Source of the DNA: Candidatus Jorgensenbacteria bacterium
Lineage (GTDB): Bacteria; Patescibacteriota; Minisyncoccia; UBA6257; GWB1-50-10
Assembly (NCBI GenBank): GCA_030648515.1
Contig: JAUSHK010000005.1
Location: 162,895-226,894 of the forward strand
DNA length: 64,000 nt
Direction of reading: 5' to 3'
The translations under genes were made by a program, and so were the position numbers. Under the pieces are notes generated by a model. It had not been told where the DNA came from and ran no database searches. It saw only the letters and a list, made by a program, of their open reading frames with translations. How positions within the stretch are numbered: position 1 is the stretch's first letter; each line of letters starts with the position of its first letter. Positions 47,327 through 57,371 of this stretch are shown here, piece by piece.

Positions 47327-48295
47327 ATGCGCGCATTAAAGATTCTTTTTTGGGCCTGTATCGGCACCGTGCTTCTTCTCGCTTCAATCATCGCGGCGTT
47401 TTCAAATCGCGCAAGCGCGGCGACAAATATAAGTTCAACCGTAACTGAACATTTTGCATGGAACGATACTATGGGGTGGATTGATTTTTATACACCAAAC
47501 ACTGTTTGGGTGTGGGGGTACAAAGTTGAGGGGTACGCAAGTTCAAGCGTCGGCGATGTGTCGCTTGATTGCACAACAACAAGAAACGGGAATATATGTG
47601 CTACTTCGAATTATGGAATCTGTAATGGAGTTTACTCCACGTCAACTGGGTGCACCGCGGACGCTTCAGGAGATTTAAGCGGCTACGCATGGAACGATAC
47701 AATGGGGTGGATTAGTTTCAGTTGCTACAATCACGGCAATTGCTCTCCGTCTTATGGAGTATCGGTGAATGGAAACACCGGCGAATTCAGCGGCTACGCA
47801 TGGAATGACACTGTCGGGTGGATTAGCTTTAATTACACGAACCCCGGGTCTCCGACTTCCACGACCTATTTTGTAAATACAAATTGGCGGGCCACTTCGA
47901 GTATCGGCTACATTGAATCCGCCACAGTTGATACACAAGTTGTTGGCGGTGCAACGCTAAATAGTATTACGTGGAAAGGCACAAAGAGCGCGAACGGAGT
48001 CTCAAGCGCGACGTATGTTGATTTCCAAGTCGCTGCCTCAAATAGCTCCGCCGGACCATGGACATTTGAAGGCCCGGACGGAAGTGAAACCGATTATTAC
48101 GGGGCGTCATGCTCTGATGCTGGGTTTACCGGAGGAACAGCAATAAACGGGGCCGACCCCGACGTGCCGATTTGCATTAACCCCGCGCAAGTCGCAAACT
48201 ATCGGTATCTCCGATACAAAGTCCGCCTGCGAAGCAACCTGATTCAAAATGACACACCGAGGGTTGATGATGTTATTTTAAACTGGAGCATATAA
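47327..48295 (+). CDS. secreted repeat protein (4x YAWNDTMGWISF-type repeats)
   Basis: Signal peptide and four copies of (F/Y)AWNDTxGWI(D/S)F, each followed by Cys-containing spacers. A -10-like TATAAT lies at about 47256. Confidence 0.5.
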   Translation: MRALKILFWACIGTVLLLASIIAAFSNRASAATNISSTVTEHFAWNDTMGWIDFYTPNTVWVWGYKVEGYASSSVGDVSLDCTTTRNGNICATSNYGICNGVYSTSTGCTADASGDLSGYAWNDTMGWISFSCYNHGNCSPSYGVSVNGNTGEFSGYAWNDTVGWISFNYTNPGSPTSTTYFVNTNWRATSSIGYIESATVDTQVVGGATLNSITWKGTKSANGVSSATYVDFQVAASNSSAGPWTFEGPDGSETDYYGASCSDAGFTGGTAINGADPDVPICINPAQVANYRYLRYKVRLRSNLIQNDTPRVDDVILNWSI

Positions 48296-48298
48296 CGC

Positions 48299-49696
48299 AT
48301 GAAAATATACAATACCTTATCTCAAAAAAAAGAACTCTTTAAACCGCTACATGGAAAGCGCGTTGGCTTATATACCTGCGGGCCGACGGTTTATAACTAC
48401 GCGCACATTGGGAATTTGCGAACATATATTTTTGAGGACATTCTTGAACGCGCGCTAGAATACGACGGGTATAGCGTAAAACGCGTTATGAACATCACGG
48501 ATGTCGGCCATCTTACATCCGATGCCGACAGCGGCGAGGACAAGCTTGAACGCGGGGCTGAGCGCGAGAAGAAAACCGTGTGGGACGTCGCCAAGTTTTA
48601 CACTGACGCGTTTTTTGCCGATTTGAAATCTTTAAATATTGAAAAACCGAAAATTACCGCGCCGGCGACAAAATTCGTGCCGGAGCAGATAAAAATAATA
48701 AAAAAGCTTTTTGAGTGCGGCTTTGCGTACGAAACCTCAAGCGCGGTTTATTTTGACACAAGCAAATTTAAAAAATATACAAAACTCTCGCGGCAAAAAC
48801 TTTCCGAAAAAAGAACTGCCTCGCGCGAAGCCGTTGTGGAAGATTCCGAGAAGCGCAATCCGTCGGATTTCGCGCTTTGGTTTAAGCTAGTCGGAAAATT
48901 TAAAAATCACACTATGCAGTGGAAGTCCCCGTGGGGGACCGGATTCCCGGGGTGGCACATAGAGTGTTCGGCAATTTCCACGAAGTTTCTCGGACAGCCG
49001 TTTGATATTCACACCGGCGGAATTGACCACATTCCAGTGCATCACACGAATGAAATTGCGCAATCCGAGGGCGCATTCGGAAAACCGCTTGCCAAGTATT
49101 GGATGCACGGCGAATTTTTAGTAATAGACCAGGCGCGCATGGGAAAATCCGCCGGCAACTTTTTAACTCTCAAAACATTGGAGGAAAAGGGATTCAACCC
49201 GATGCATTACCGTTATCTTGTTTTAACAGCGCACTACCGCTCCCCGCTTAATTTCACGTGGGAAAGTTTGGAAGCGGCAAAAAATGCGTACGAACGGCTT
49301 AAAGAACAAATAGCCACTGCTGTCGCCGTGAAGTCAAAAGAGCCGGCGGGGAAATTTACAGAGGTGTTTCTTAAAAAATTTAATGCCGCAATCAATGACG
49401 ATCTTAACGCTCCGGTCGCGCTCGCGGCCTTGCATGAATTTTTAAGCGTCTGCGCCGTGCATTCAGTTTCGGGAGTGAGCGCGCGCGAAACAATCAAAAA
49501 AGCGGATTCCGTGCTCGGGCTAGAGCTTTTGAAACAGGACAAAATCCCAGCAAATATCATACGTTTGGCGCGCGAACGAGAGTTATACAGAGGAAGTAAA
49601 CAGTTTGTGCAGGCCGACTACTTGAGAAAACAAATAGAATCGCTAGGATACAAGGTAAGCGATACGCCGTCCGGACCGGTTGTTCGGCGGACGTAA
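48299..49696 (+). CDS. cysS: cysteine--tRNA ligase
   Basis: Class I HIGH (NYAHIGNLRTY) and KMSKS-type (RMGKSAGN) motifs, with the typical CysRS Zn-binding Cys (YTCGPTVY). Confidence 0.9.
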   Translation: MKIYNTLSQKKELFKPLHGKRVGLYTCGPTVYNYAHIGNLRTYIFEDILERALEYDGYSVKRVMNITDVGHLTSDADSGEDKLERGAEREKKTVWDVAKFYTDAFFADLKSLNIEKPKITAPATKFVPEQIKIIKKLFECGFAYETSSAVYFDTSKFKKYTKLSRQKLSEKRTASREAVVEDSEKRNPSDFALWFKLVGKFKNHTMQWKSPWGTGFPGWHIECSAISTKFLGQPFDIHTGGIDHIPVHHTNEIAQSEGAFGKPLAKYWMHGEFLVIDQARMGKSAGNFLTLKTLEEKGFNPMHYRYLVLTAHYRSPLNFTWESLEAAKNAYERLKEQIATAVAVKSKEPAGKFTEVFLKKFNAAINDDLNAPVALAALHEFLSVCAVHSVSGVSARETIKKADSVLGLELLKQDKIPANIIRLARERELYRGSKQFVQADYLRKQIESLGYKVSDTPSGPVVRRT

Positions 49697-51068
49697 GAAA
49701 CGCTTATCAAATATGTCTAAACTTCCAAATGACTTGCGGGTGCCGCCGCAGGATATTGACGCAGAAATATCAGTGCTTGGCTCGCTCATGCTAGACAAGA
49801 ACGCGATTGTAAAAATCGCGGACGTTTTAACAGCAAATGATTTTTATCATCCCGCGCACCAAAGAATTTACGAGGTTATTATTGAACTATTTGAACACAC
49901 GAAGCCAATTGACCTTCTCACTGTCTCGCACGAGCTTAAAACAAAAAAGCAATTAAAAGACATCGGCGGATCGCAGTATCTTGCCGACCTTGTGGCGCGC
50001 GTGCCGACGTCGGCGCATATTGCGGAATACGCCGAGGTGGTTCGCGAGAACCGCGTGCGCCGCGACCTTATTAACGCCTCATCTGAAATCAATGAGAAGG
50101 CGATGGAGAAGCGGGATTTTGAAAGTTTGCTTGATGACGTTGAACAGAGAATTTTTAATATTTCCCAGCGCTCGCGCACGCAAAAGTTTATGCCGCTCAA
50201 AGACGAGCTCTCTATCGCTTACGAACGTTTTGAAAAACTTCATCGTGGTGAACGCGACACGTATCGCGGCATCCCGACTGGTTTCCGCCAGCTTGATAAT
50301 CTTCTCTCGGGCCTCCAAAAATCCGACCTGATTCTTTTGGGAGCGCGGCCATCATACGGAAAAACATCGCTTGCACTGGACATCGCGCGGCAAGCGGCGC
50401 TTATGGGACGCTCAGTCGGCGTTTTCTCGCTTGAAATGTCGCGCGATCAGGTTATTGACCGGCTTATCGCAAGCCAGGCAAATGTTCCGTTGTGGCGGCT
50501 TCGAAGCGGACACTTAAACGACGAGCTTGAATTCGCGATGATTCAGCAGGCGCTTGATGAGCTTTCAAAGATACCGCTTTTTATCGACGACTCCGGTTCG
50601 CAAAATATTTTGCAAATGCGCTCTATGGCGCGCCGGCTTCAGATCGAGCACGGGCTTGAGCTTGTTGTTATTGATTACCTCCAGCTTATCCAGCCGCGGA
50701 CCACGAGCGACAATTTAGTCCAGCAGATAACTGAAATATCGCGCGGTTTGAAATCGCTAGCCCGCGAACTCAACGTGCCGGTGCTTGCGCTCTCTCAGCT
50801 TTCCCGCGATGTTGAAAAACGCGAAACAAAAGTTCCGCGCCTTTCCGACTTGCGCGATTCCGGTTCGCTTGAACAGGACGCTGATGTTGTTATGTTTATT
50901 CACCGCAAAGATCGCGACCGCACCGACATTTCTGATGAAGAGAAAAACACGATTGAGCTTATTATCCAAAAACATCGGAATGGCCCGCTTGGCACAGTCC
51001 AGCTGAAATTTGATCCTGAGCGCGTAACGTTTAGAAGCATTGACACGGAACACGCGCCGGCAGAATAA
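49680..51068 (+). CDS. dnaB: replicative DNA helicase DnaB
   Basis: AEISVLGSLML N-terminal domain, Walker A GARPSYGKTSLAL, no intein. The start may be the internal Met (MSKLPND). Confidence 0.9.
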   Translation: MFGGRKKRLSNMSKLPNDLRVPPQDIDAEISVLGSLMLDKNAIVKIADVLTANDFYHPAHQRIYEVIIELFEHTKPIDLLTVSHELKTKKQLKDIGGSQYLADLVARVPTSAHIAEYAEVVRENRVRRDLINASSEINEKAMEKRDFESLLDDVEQRIFNISQRSRTQKFMPLKDELSIAYERFEKLHRGERDTYRGIPTGFRQLDNLLSGLQKSDLILLGARPSYGKTSLALDIARQAALMGRSVGVFSLEMSRDQVIDRLIASQANVPLWRLRSGHLNDELEFAMIQQALDELSKIPLFIDDSGSQNILQMRSMARRLQIEHGLELVVIDYLQLIQPRTTSDNLVQQITEISRGLKSLARELNVPVLALSQLSRDVEKRETKVPRLSDLRDSGSLEQDADVVMFIHRKDRDRTDISDEEKNTIELIIQKHRNGPLGTVQLKFDPERVTFRSIDTEHAPAE

Positions 51069-51072
51069 GAGC

Positions 51073-51672
51073 ATGATTCCTGAACAAATCCAGAAATTCA
51101 TTGAGCTTTTTTCAAAGCTTCCTTCAATCGGCCCACGGCTTGCAACGCGGCTTGCGTTTTATTTGGTCGGCAAAGATACTTCTACTATCTCACGCCTTGA
51201 AGAAGCTCTCGGGGGTTTAAAAAAACTTGACCGGTGCGAGCGGTGCTTCTTTCTTAAAAATACTGACAAAAAACTGTGCGACATATGCTCCGATAAAAAA
51301 CGCGATCCGGGAAGTATTGCGATTGTTGAGAAAGAGACGGATTTAATCACTATTGAAAAAACTGGCGCATTCCACGGACATTACCTTGTTTTGGGCGAGC
51401 TTGCGGAGCGCGGAGTTTTTGAGAGCGCGCAGAAATTGCGGCTTCAGCACTTAAAGGCGCGGATTAATAAAGAGCTTAGCGGGAAAGCAAAAGAGATTGT
51501 CATCGCCTTAAGCCAAAACAGTTTCGGGGATTTCACCGCAACGCTTATTGAACAGGTTTTTAAAAACTCAGCCGAGAAAATAACTCGCATCGGGCGCGGC
51601 GTCCCCACTGGCGGTTCTATTGAGTTCGCGGATGAGGAAACGATTATGAGCGCGTTTAAGAGGAGAAACTAA
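51073..51672 (+). CDS. recR: recombination protein RecR
   Basis: PSIGPRLATRLAFYL helix-hairpin-helix, CxxC...CxxC zinc finger and Toprim region. The ORF is open from 51040. Confidence 0.85.
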   Translation: MIPEQIQKFIELFSKLPSIGPRLATRLAFYLVGKDTSTISRLEEALGGLKKLDRCERCFFLKNTDKKLCDICSDKKRDPGSIAIVEKETDLITIEKTGAFHGHYLVLGELAERGVFESAQKLRLQHLKARINKELSGKAKEIVIALSQNSFGDFTATLIEQVFKNSAEKITRIGRGVPTGGSIEFADEETIMSAFKRRN

Positions 51673-51728
51673 AAATGCCCAGTTTGGGGCATTTTTATTC
51701 CTACACCAATGGAATTGGTAGTGGGGAT

Positions 51729-52055
51729 TTATTTGATTTCAGTGATTTTTACTTCGGAATAATCTTGGCGGTGGCCCTTTTTGCGCATGTGGCGGGTTTT
51801 GGAATGAAACTTAAAGATTATCTTTTTGTCCCCGCGGCCCTGCTTTACCATAGTGCCATCAACTGACGCGCCGGCGATGAATGGCGCCCCAACCTCAACA
51901 GAGGAACCGTCTGCTTTGAGTAAAACCTGCCCAAAAGAAATCTGCGCGCCTGCCTGCGCGGGAGAGCCATCCGCACCGTCAAGCCTTTCAATCTGGATTG
52001 TATCGCCTTTTGCAACCTTATATTGTTTTCCGCCTGTTTCAATCACGGCAAACAT
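51729..52055 (-). CDS. rplU: 50S ribosomal protein L21
   Basis: MFAVIETGGKQYKVAKGDTIQIERL...FHSKTRHMRKKGHRQ. The ORF is open to 52124 but the L21 homology begins at the Met at 52055. Confidence 0.85.
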   Translation of the reverse strand: MFAVIETGGKQYKVAKGDTIQIERLDGADGSPAQAGAQISFGQVLLKADGSSVEVGAPFIAGASVDGTMVKQGRGDKKIIFKFHSKTRHMRKKGHRQDYSEVKITEIK

Positions 52056-52151
52056 AATAGTGAGATGATACCACGGGTTTTCTAAAATGCAAACCCCGCC
52101 TGTCCGTGGACAGGCGGGGTGCATAATATTAGCAACTAACAGTTACCTCTA

Positions 52152-52829
52152 TTACTCCGTGTGCTGTTTGAGCTTCGAGATTAATGATGCCGCATAATCC
52201 TTTCCGCCCAAGCCAAAGGCAATGCCGCCAGCAAGCGCTATCATTGCGACAAATCCTGTGACGATCGAGTTGATAATCGCAACTGCGATCCCAAGCTGTG
52301 AAAGCGCGGTAAGAAATCCGAAGATTACGACCGCCCACCATGTAAGCGAGCCTAGGAAGTTTGCCGCATGAAGCCTGGCGCCCCTCACGGACACCCGGAC
52401 CAATTTCCTGAGGAAATTTGCGATAACAACCGCCGCGAGCATGATAAGCACCGACACAATCACGTTCGGAATGTAGAGAAGTGTTTCACGCAGGAAGTTT
52501 GAAAGCGAGTAAAATCCGAGAATGTCCGTCGCGGCGAGCAAAAAGACAATAACCAAAAACCAATACACAAGCCGCCCGAAGAACTTCCCTGTGTTTATCG
52601 CAATCCCCGCGCGCTCAAAGTGCTCTTTGAGGCCAAGTCCGACCAGAACCCGGTCGAGCTTGATTAACTTCACAAACCGCTCAACCAAAGCCCCAATTCC
52701 GCTAGCTACAATGAGGCCGATGATGAGTACAATAAGCGCTCCTAAGATTCCTGCGAGTACGCCTATTGTTCCCGTCCAGAGGTTTTGGAGGGAACCAGCA
52801 ACCAACGCTGCCCAATTTTGAACGTACAT
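52152..52829 (-). CDS. hypothetical polytopic membrane protein
   Basis: 225 aa with about 5 TM helices. No recognisable motif. Confidence 0.4.
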   Translation of the reverse strand: MYVQNWAALVAGSLQNLWTGTIGVLAGILGALIVLIIGLIVASGIGALVERFVKLIKLDRVLVGLGLKEHFERAGIAINTGKFFGRLVYWFLVIVFLLAATDILGFYSLSNFLRETLLYIPNVIVSVLIMLAAVVIANFLRKLVRVSVRGARLHAANFLGSLTWWAVVIFGFLTALSQLGIAVAIINSIVTGFVAMIALAGGIAFGLGGKDYAASLISKLKQHTE

Positions 52830-52944
52830 AAATACGTTTGTACTTTTTATCTCCCGACAACGCCCATTTCGTGGGCTATATCGGAGAATTGATTTAAAAA
52901 CTCGACCTTTACCTGATGTGGTACTATTATAGCATATTTATTTT

Positions 52945-53367
52945 ATGAAACCCGCGCGCCTCAGTGGATTACTCGTTGCCGCTACGCTTCTTATTGTCCT
53001 CGGGCACGCGCTTGGGATGAAAGAGCTTATGAATTTATATTACCGCGTTCCGTATTACGATTCGCCGATGCACTTTTTAGGCGGCATCTGGATTGGATTG
53101 ATTATTATCGCTTTCTGGGACCGGTTCTTTGAGCCGCTCAGCCTTGAGCGCTCGCTCAGCAACGCGCTCAAAGTAGCTGGTATTGTGCTTATTATCGGGC
53201 TTTTCTGGGAGCTTTTTGAGTTTTCCCTCTACTCGCTCCACGTGCAGTTCGGAATCGGCATATATCAAAATATGGAACTTGCCGACACGCTTAAAGACAT
53301 GACCTTGGATCTACTTGGCGGAATTACCGCGTTTTTACTTGTTTCGCGGCGAAATATAAACAATTAA
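52945..53367 (+). CDS. hypothetical membrane protein
   Basis: 140 aa with 4 predicted TM helices. Confidence 0.4.
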   Translation: MKPARLSGLLVAATLLIVLGHALGMKELMNLYYRVPYYDSPMHFLGGIWIGLIIIAFWDRFFEPLSLERSLSNALKVAGIVLIIGLFWELFEFSLYSLHVQFGIGIYQNMELADTLKDMTLDLLGGITAFLLVSRRNINN

Positions 53368-53390
53368 GCCCCGTTAAGTGGCTTAATTGT

Positions 53391-54413
53391 TTATATAGCT
53401 GCTTCTTCATCAACTGATCTCCAAACGTCGCGAAGCGTTTTTAGTTCTGGATTTCCTTCTAACGCCTCTTCCCATGTTTTATATCTTGCCCGTTGTTCGT
53501 TATTAGCGTCCTCCATACTGCGCACACTCGCAAAACCTTCCATTTTGCGCTCTAACTCAAGCGACACATCGAGTTTAAAGTCTGGTTCTTCTAAGTGGAA
53601 CTCTTCCGCTTGTTTCTTTATTATTTCAGTTGTTCCCTCCGCTTCTTTAACTAGTTCGCTGTATAGTTTGCTCGTTTTACTAATATTCAACTCAACTACT
53701 TGTAGTTTTGACCCGAGCTGTTTAAGAGTCTCATCTTGTTCATCTACAAGCTGAAGCCATCCTCTTTTTTCCGAAAGAAGCTTATCAATCGCAGTTTTAT
53801 CAAAAATTTCGAAAAACTTTGTATCTTTGCGTTTTTCTTCCAAAAGTTTAATAATCTCGGCTCCTGATTTTGCATTTACTAGTTCCTCGTGTCCTTTGAT
53901 AAGACTTTTTATATTTTCCCACGCTTTTTTATGTTCTTTTTCCCTAATTTTAACCTCGCGTTCAAGTTCATGCTTCCTATCAGCAAGATTCTTAATTATC
54001 TCGGCAATATCGCGAGCCCTTAAACAGAGTTTTTCTTTTGTCGTCCGTATGTATTCTTTTGCTTTTTTCTTTTTTTCTTCATACTGTTTTTCCCATTCCA
54101 TTACTTCCGGTTTGGATCCTATTTTTTTAACTTCGCCGACTATTTCTATCTGTCTGCTTTTAATTTTTTTAATGAGGTCCCTGACATCGCCTAGGTCAAC
54201 TCCAGCTGGCGGGGTTTTTAATGTATTCTCTAGTTTTAAAAGTTTTCCTTGATTACTTTTAAGTTCATTCACTAATTCTGTCCTTTTTTCCAGTTCTTTC
54301 ATAAGCGGGCTATTTTGCTCATTAACTGCCGGGCCACCGCCAATACGCGCTCCACGAGTTTCGTGCGCATTCTCTTCTGTTCTACGAATTTGGGGTGTTT
54401 CAAATGGAGGCAT
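53391..54413 (-). CDS. coiled-coil hypothetical protein
   Basis: 340 aa, Lys/Glu-rich heptad-like sequence throughout. Confidence 0.4.
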   Translation of the reverse strand: MPPFETPQIRRTEENAHETRGARIGGGPAVNEQNSPLMKELEKRTELVNELKSNQGKLLKLENTLKTPPAGVDLGDVRDLIKKIKSRQIEIVGEVKKIGSKPEVMEWEKQYEEKKKKAKEYIRTTKEKLCLRARDIAEIIKNLADRKHELEREVKIREKEHKKAWENIKSLIKGHEELVNAKSGAEIIKLLEEKRKDTKFFEIFDKTAIDKLLSEKRGWLQLVDEQDETLKQLGSKLQVVELNISKTSKLYSELVKEAEGTTEIIKKQAEEFHLEEPDFKLDVSLELERKMEGFASVRSMEDANNEQRARYKTWEEALEGNPELKTLRDVWRSVDEEAAI

Positions 54414-54549
54414 ATTATTTTTATATCTGTATCGTACACCTTTTATCTTGTTGTGTCAAGTGTGTGTTTTGGGTTAGATCTTGGCTCTTATATTGTTTGA
54501 CTTTTCTTTTATTGGCTTCATTATACAACTTTCTTTGCGAAATCAAACT

Positions 54550-54623
54550 TGGTGGACCCAGCGAGAATCGGACTCGCGCCTCGGCAATGCGAATGCCGCG
54601 TAATACCACTTTACTATGGGCCC
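54550..54623 (-). tRNA. tRNA-Ala (anticodon CGC), CCA encoded
   Basis: GGGCCCA-TA-GTAA-AGTGGTA-TTAC-G-CGGCA-TTCGCAT-TGCCG-AGGC-GCGAG-TCCGATT-CTCGC-TGGGTCC-A-CCA. The G3:U70 wobble Ala identity element is present. The T loop has C at position 55. Confidence 0.8.
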
Positions 54624-54691
54624 GTTTTCAATTTGAACCAGCAAAAGAATAATAACCGCCTATAGCGCGGTAGTCAAAATAAACGAAACCG

Positions 54692-55285
54692 TTATTCGTA
54701 CGCCCTGTCGCTTTTCTTTTTTTTGTAGTAATGAAGAAAGGCAAGTATAGCGATGATACCAATGCTGATTGAGAGGGCGCCGATGAATTCAAGAATTGAG
54801 TTTGCCTTTCTAACCGCCTCGCCGAAATAAAAGCCGACAAGGAGGAGCGCTAAGGATTTCAAAAGCGTCGCAACCATATTCGCCCCGAGAAATTTCAAAA
54901 AAGGCATCCGCACCAGTCCCGCGGCGACGAGAAATATCGCGCCGATGCCATGCGCTAATTTACCAAAGAGAAGCGTCTTGCCGCCGTGTTTTTCAAAATG
55001 CGTTTCAATGCGCGCGATCACGTCGGGTTTTAGTCCGATATATTTGCCCCACCGATTCAAAAATTTTTCCCTTCCATAGCGCCCGATGGCGTAGTATATC
55101 GCGTCACCTGCTAGATCCCCAATTACAATAACGGCGTAGGCTATAAACAGGTTCATAAAACCCGTCGCCACCACCAGTCCCGCTATAACGGTTACAATCG
55201 GCCCCTCAACTACAACAATGGGGAACAAAATTAGATATTTGTAATGAAGCAATAACTGTAAAACTTGGTCTAAAGAAAAAAACAT
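54692..55285 (-). CDS. DedA/TVP38-family membrane protein
   Basis: 197 aa. YLILFPIVVVEGPIVTVIAGL...GRYGREKF DedA signature. Confidence 0.7.
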   Translation of the reverse strand: MFFSLDQVLQLLLHYKYLILFPIVVVEGPIVTVIAGLVVATGFMNLFIAYAVIVIGDLAGDAIYYAIGRYGREKFLNRWGKYIGLKPDVIARIETHFEKHGGKTLLFGKLAHGIGAIFLVAAGLVRMPFLKFLGANMVATLLKSLALLLVGFYFGEAVRKANSILEFIGALSISIGIIAILAFLHYYKKKKSDRAYE

Positions 55286-55289
55286 TTTG

Positions 55290-55360
55290 TCGGGCTGCTG
55301 GGAATCGAACCCAGTCTACACCGACCCGAACGGTGCGTACTACCGGTATACTACAGCCCG
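55290..55360 (-). tRNA. tRNA-Pro (anticodon CGG)
   Basis: CGGGCTG-TA-GTAT-ACCGGTA-GTAC-G-CACCG-TTCGGGT-CGGTG-TAGA-CTGGG-TTCGATT-CCCAG-CAGCCCG-A. C1-G72 and A73 fit Pro. The 3' end is 4 nt from the dedA start codon. Confidence 0.8.
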
Positions 55361-55402
55361 CCTTCGCTACTTAAGATAACACAGAAAAAAATAAAGAAAA
55401 GT

Positions 55403-55789
55403 CTACCGCGGCGGCAGGCGTTGTTCTATTTTTTCAAGTTTGTCAGAAATAACTTTGAGTTCTTTTTTCACATTTGCGAGCGCGCCTGATTCTTCTTCAA
55501 CCTCGGTTTCCGTTTTCTCAGCTAATTTTTTTTCATGGCGCAAGCCGGAAATGATAATCTGGTCGCCGATAAAAACCGAGACAAGCAACCCCGTGACAAG
55601 TAATAAAACGACACTGGTAACGAGCGAACCGACTGCGCTTAAATCAAGGCCATCAGCAATGTACCACACGCCGCGCCAAAAAAGCACAACACCAACACCG
55701 CCGATAAGGCCGTATATAATCGGGAAGTGGCTGAGTGCCCCACGAATGCGGTCCTCCAACCTATCAAAAAATTTCATGATGCCTTTCAT
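55403..55789 (-). CDS. hypothetical membrane protein with C-terminal coiled coil
   Basis: 128 aa with two TM helices, then a Lys/Glu-rich helix. Confidence 0.4.
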   Translation of the reverse strand: MKGIMKFFDRLEDRIRGALSHFPIIYGLIGGVGVVLFWRGVWYIADGLDLSAVGSLVTSVVLLLVTGLLVSVFIGDQIIISGLRHEKKLAEKTETEVEEESGALANVKKELKVISDKLEKIEQRLPPR

Positions 55790-55791
55790 GG

Positions 55792-57264
55792 TTATTGTAC
55801 ATAATACTTCTTTTTCATCTCGCCTTCAATCGCCGAGTTCGCTTCATCCTTTTTTGATTTTGCCTCTTCGGCTTTTTTCTTCAAGCCGGCGTCCGGCAAT
55901 TTTCCAAGTTCCGTTGCGCGTATAGTGAGATATTCTTTTGTGTTTCTCGTTGGATCATCCAGCACATCTTCAAGCAAAATCATTAAAATCATGCCGATGT
56001 GCGGCCCCGGCTTAACGTCTAAAAGCTTCATGAGCTCGTTGCCGTCCAGGGCGAGCATTTTGGGATGCAATGGGTCGTGCTTCACTTTTTCAATCATGAA
56101 AAGGAGATGGCGAATTTTGTATGGCGCCGCTTTAGGTACGCCCGAACCGATGCGGTCCGCCTCGCGCACTTTTATCAAATCGTCAATATTTTCCGGACCA
56201 ACGCGCGCGAGAAATCTTCGCACGCCAGCTTCGGTTACTTCGCCGACATTGTAGTAAAAGAGGTGGTGGCGGACGAGATGGATAACCTTTCCCGCTATCT
56301 CTTTTGAAAAACGGAGGCGGTCCACAATTTTTGTAGCCATCCGCGCGCCGATTACCTCGTGACTGTAAAACGTGGAGTCAATCCCCTCGCCGCGCTTTGA
56401 CTTCGGCTTTCCTACGTCATGGAGCAGTGCCGCGAGCCGCACCTCAAGCGAATATCCTTTTTCCGCGGTGTAGTTCAGCGCCCGCACATTGTGGTCAAAA
56501 ACGGTATAGATGTGATGCTTGTTTTGGCCGATGGCGATTCCTTCGCGCAATTCGGGAATCACGTACCGAAGAAGCCCGAGATCTTCAAGAAGAATAATCC
56601 CCTCCGCCGCGCGCGGTGTCATAATCATTTTTGTAAGCTCGTCGCGAACGCGCTCTTTCGCAATCATTTCAAGTAACCCCGCGTTTTCGCGTATGGCGCG
56701 CGCCGTTTCGTGTTCTATTTCAAATCCCAATTGCGCTGCGAGACGCACGGCGCGCATAAGGCGGAGCGCGTCTTCTTCAAACCGCGTTCCGGGATCGCCG
56801 ACGGTTGAAATTACTTTTTGGCTTATGTCATTCAAGCCGCCGTGCTGGTCTATAAGCTTTCCGTTTTTAGAATTCAGATCAAGCGCAATCGCATTAATCG
56901 TAAAGTCGCGCCTATCAAGATCATCCTCAACATTTTTCGCAAATTTAATTTCGTCCGGGTGACGCTTATCCGTATATTTTCCTTCAAGCCGAAACGTGGT
57001 CACTTCAACAATTTTGAGCGTTTCATCGTCGCTTCCAGTCTTTACGCCGACCGTGCCAAAATCATTTTCATACACGCTCTCGGGGAAAATTTCCTGGATT
57101 TTTTCCGGCTCCGCGCTCGTTGTAATATCCCAGTCCTTGGGCTCACACTTCATAATGAGGTCGCGAACACAGCCGCCCACGAGATACGCCTCATAGCCGG
57201 CTTTTGTAAGGCCGTTTGCGATTTCATTCACCTCTTTTGGAACTTTAAAATCCATGAATTCCAT
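55792..57264 (-). CDS. cca: CCA-adding enzyme / tRNA nucleotidyltransferase with HD domain
   Basis: Pol-beta nucleotidyltransferase head (GGCVRDLIM...DWDI) and an HD domain (HDVGKP...H). 490 aa. Confidence 0.75.
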   Translation of the reverse strand: MEFMDFKVPKEVNEIANGLTKAGYEAYLVGGCVRDLIMKCEPKDWDITTSAEPEKIQEIFPESVYENDFGTVGVKTGSDDETLKIVEVTTFRLEGKYTDKRHPDEIKFAKNVEDDLDRRDFTINAIALDLNSKNGKLIDQHGGLNDISQKVISTVGDPGTRFEEDALRLMRAVRLAAQLGFEIEHETARAIRENAGLLEMIAKERVRDELTKMIMTPRAAEGIILLEDLGLLRYVIPELREGIAIGQNKHHIYTVFDHNVRALNYTAEKGYSLEVRLAALLHDVGKPKSKRGEGIDSTFYSHEVIGARMATKIVDRLRFSKEIAGKVIHLVRHHLFYYNVGEVTEAGVRRFLARVGPENIDDLIKVREADRIGSGVPKAAPYKIRHLLFMIEKVKHDPLHPKMLALDGNELMKLLDVKPGPHIGMILMILLEDVLDDPTRNTKEYLTIRATELGKLPDAGLKKKAEEAKSKKDEANSAIEGEMKKKYYVQ

Positions 57265-57298
57265 TGTACACTGAAGTCTGGAATTGAGAAACTTTTCC

Positions 57299-57370
57299 GC
57301 CCCTGTAGTGAAACGGATATCACGCGACGCTTCGGACGTCGTATTCCGGGTTCGAATCCTGGCGGGGGCA
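57299..57370 (+). tRNA. tRNA-Arg (anticodon TCG)
   Basis: GCCCCTG-TA-GTGA-AACGGATA-TCAC-G-CGACG-CTTCGGA-CGTCG-TATT-CCGGG-TTCGAAT-CCTGG-CGGGGGC-A. Ends 1 nt before the ATG of the next CDS. Confidence 0.85.
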
Positions 57371-57371
57371 C

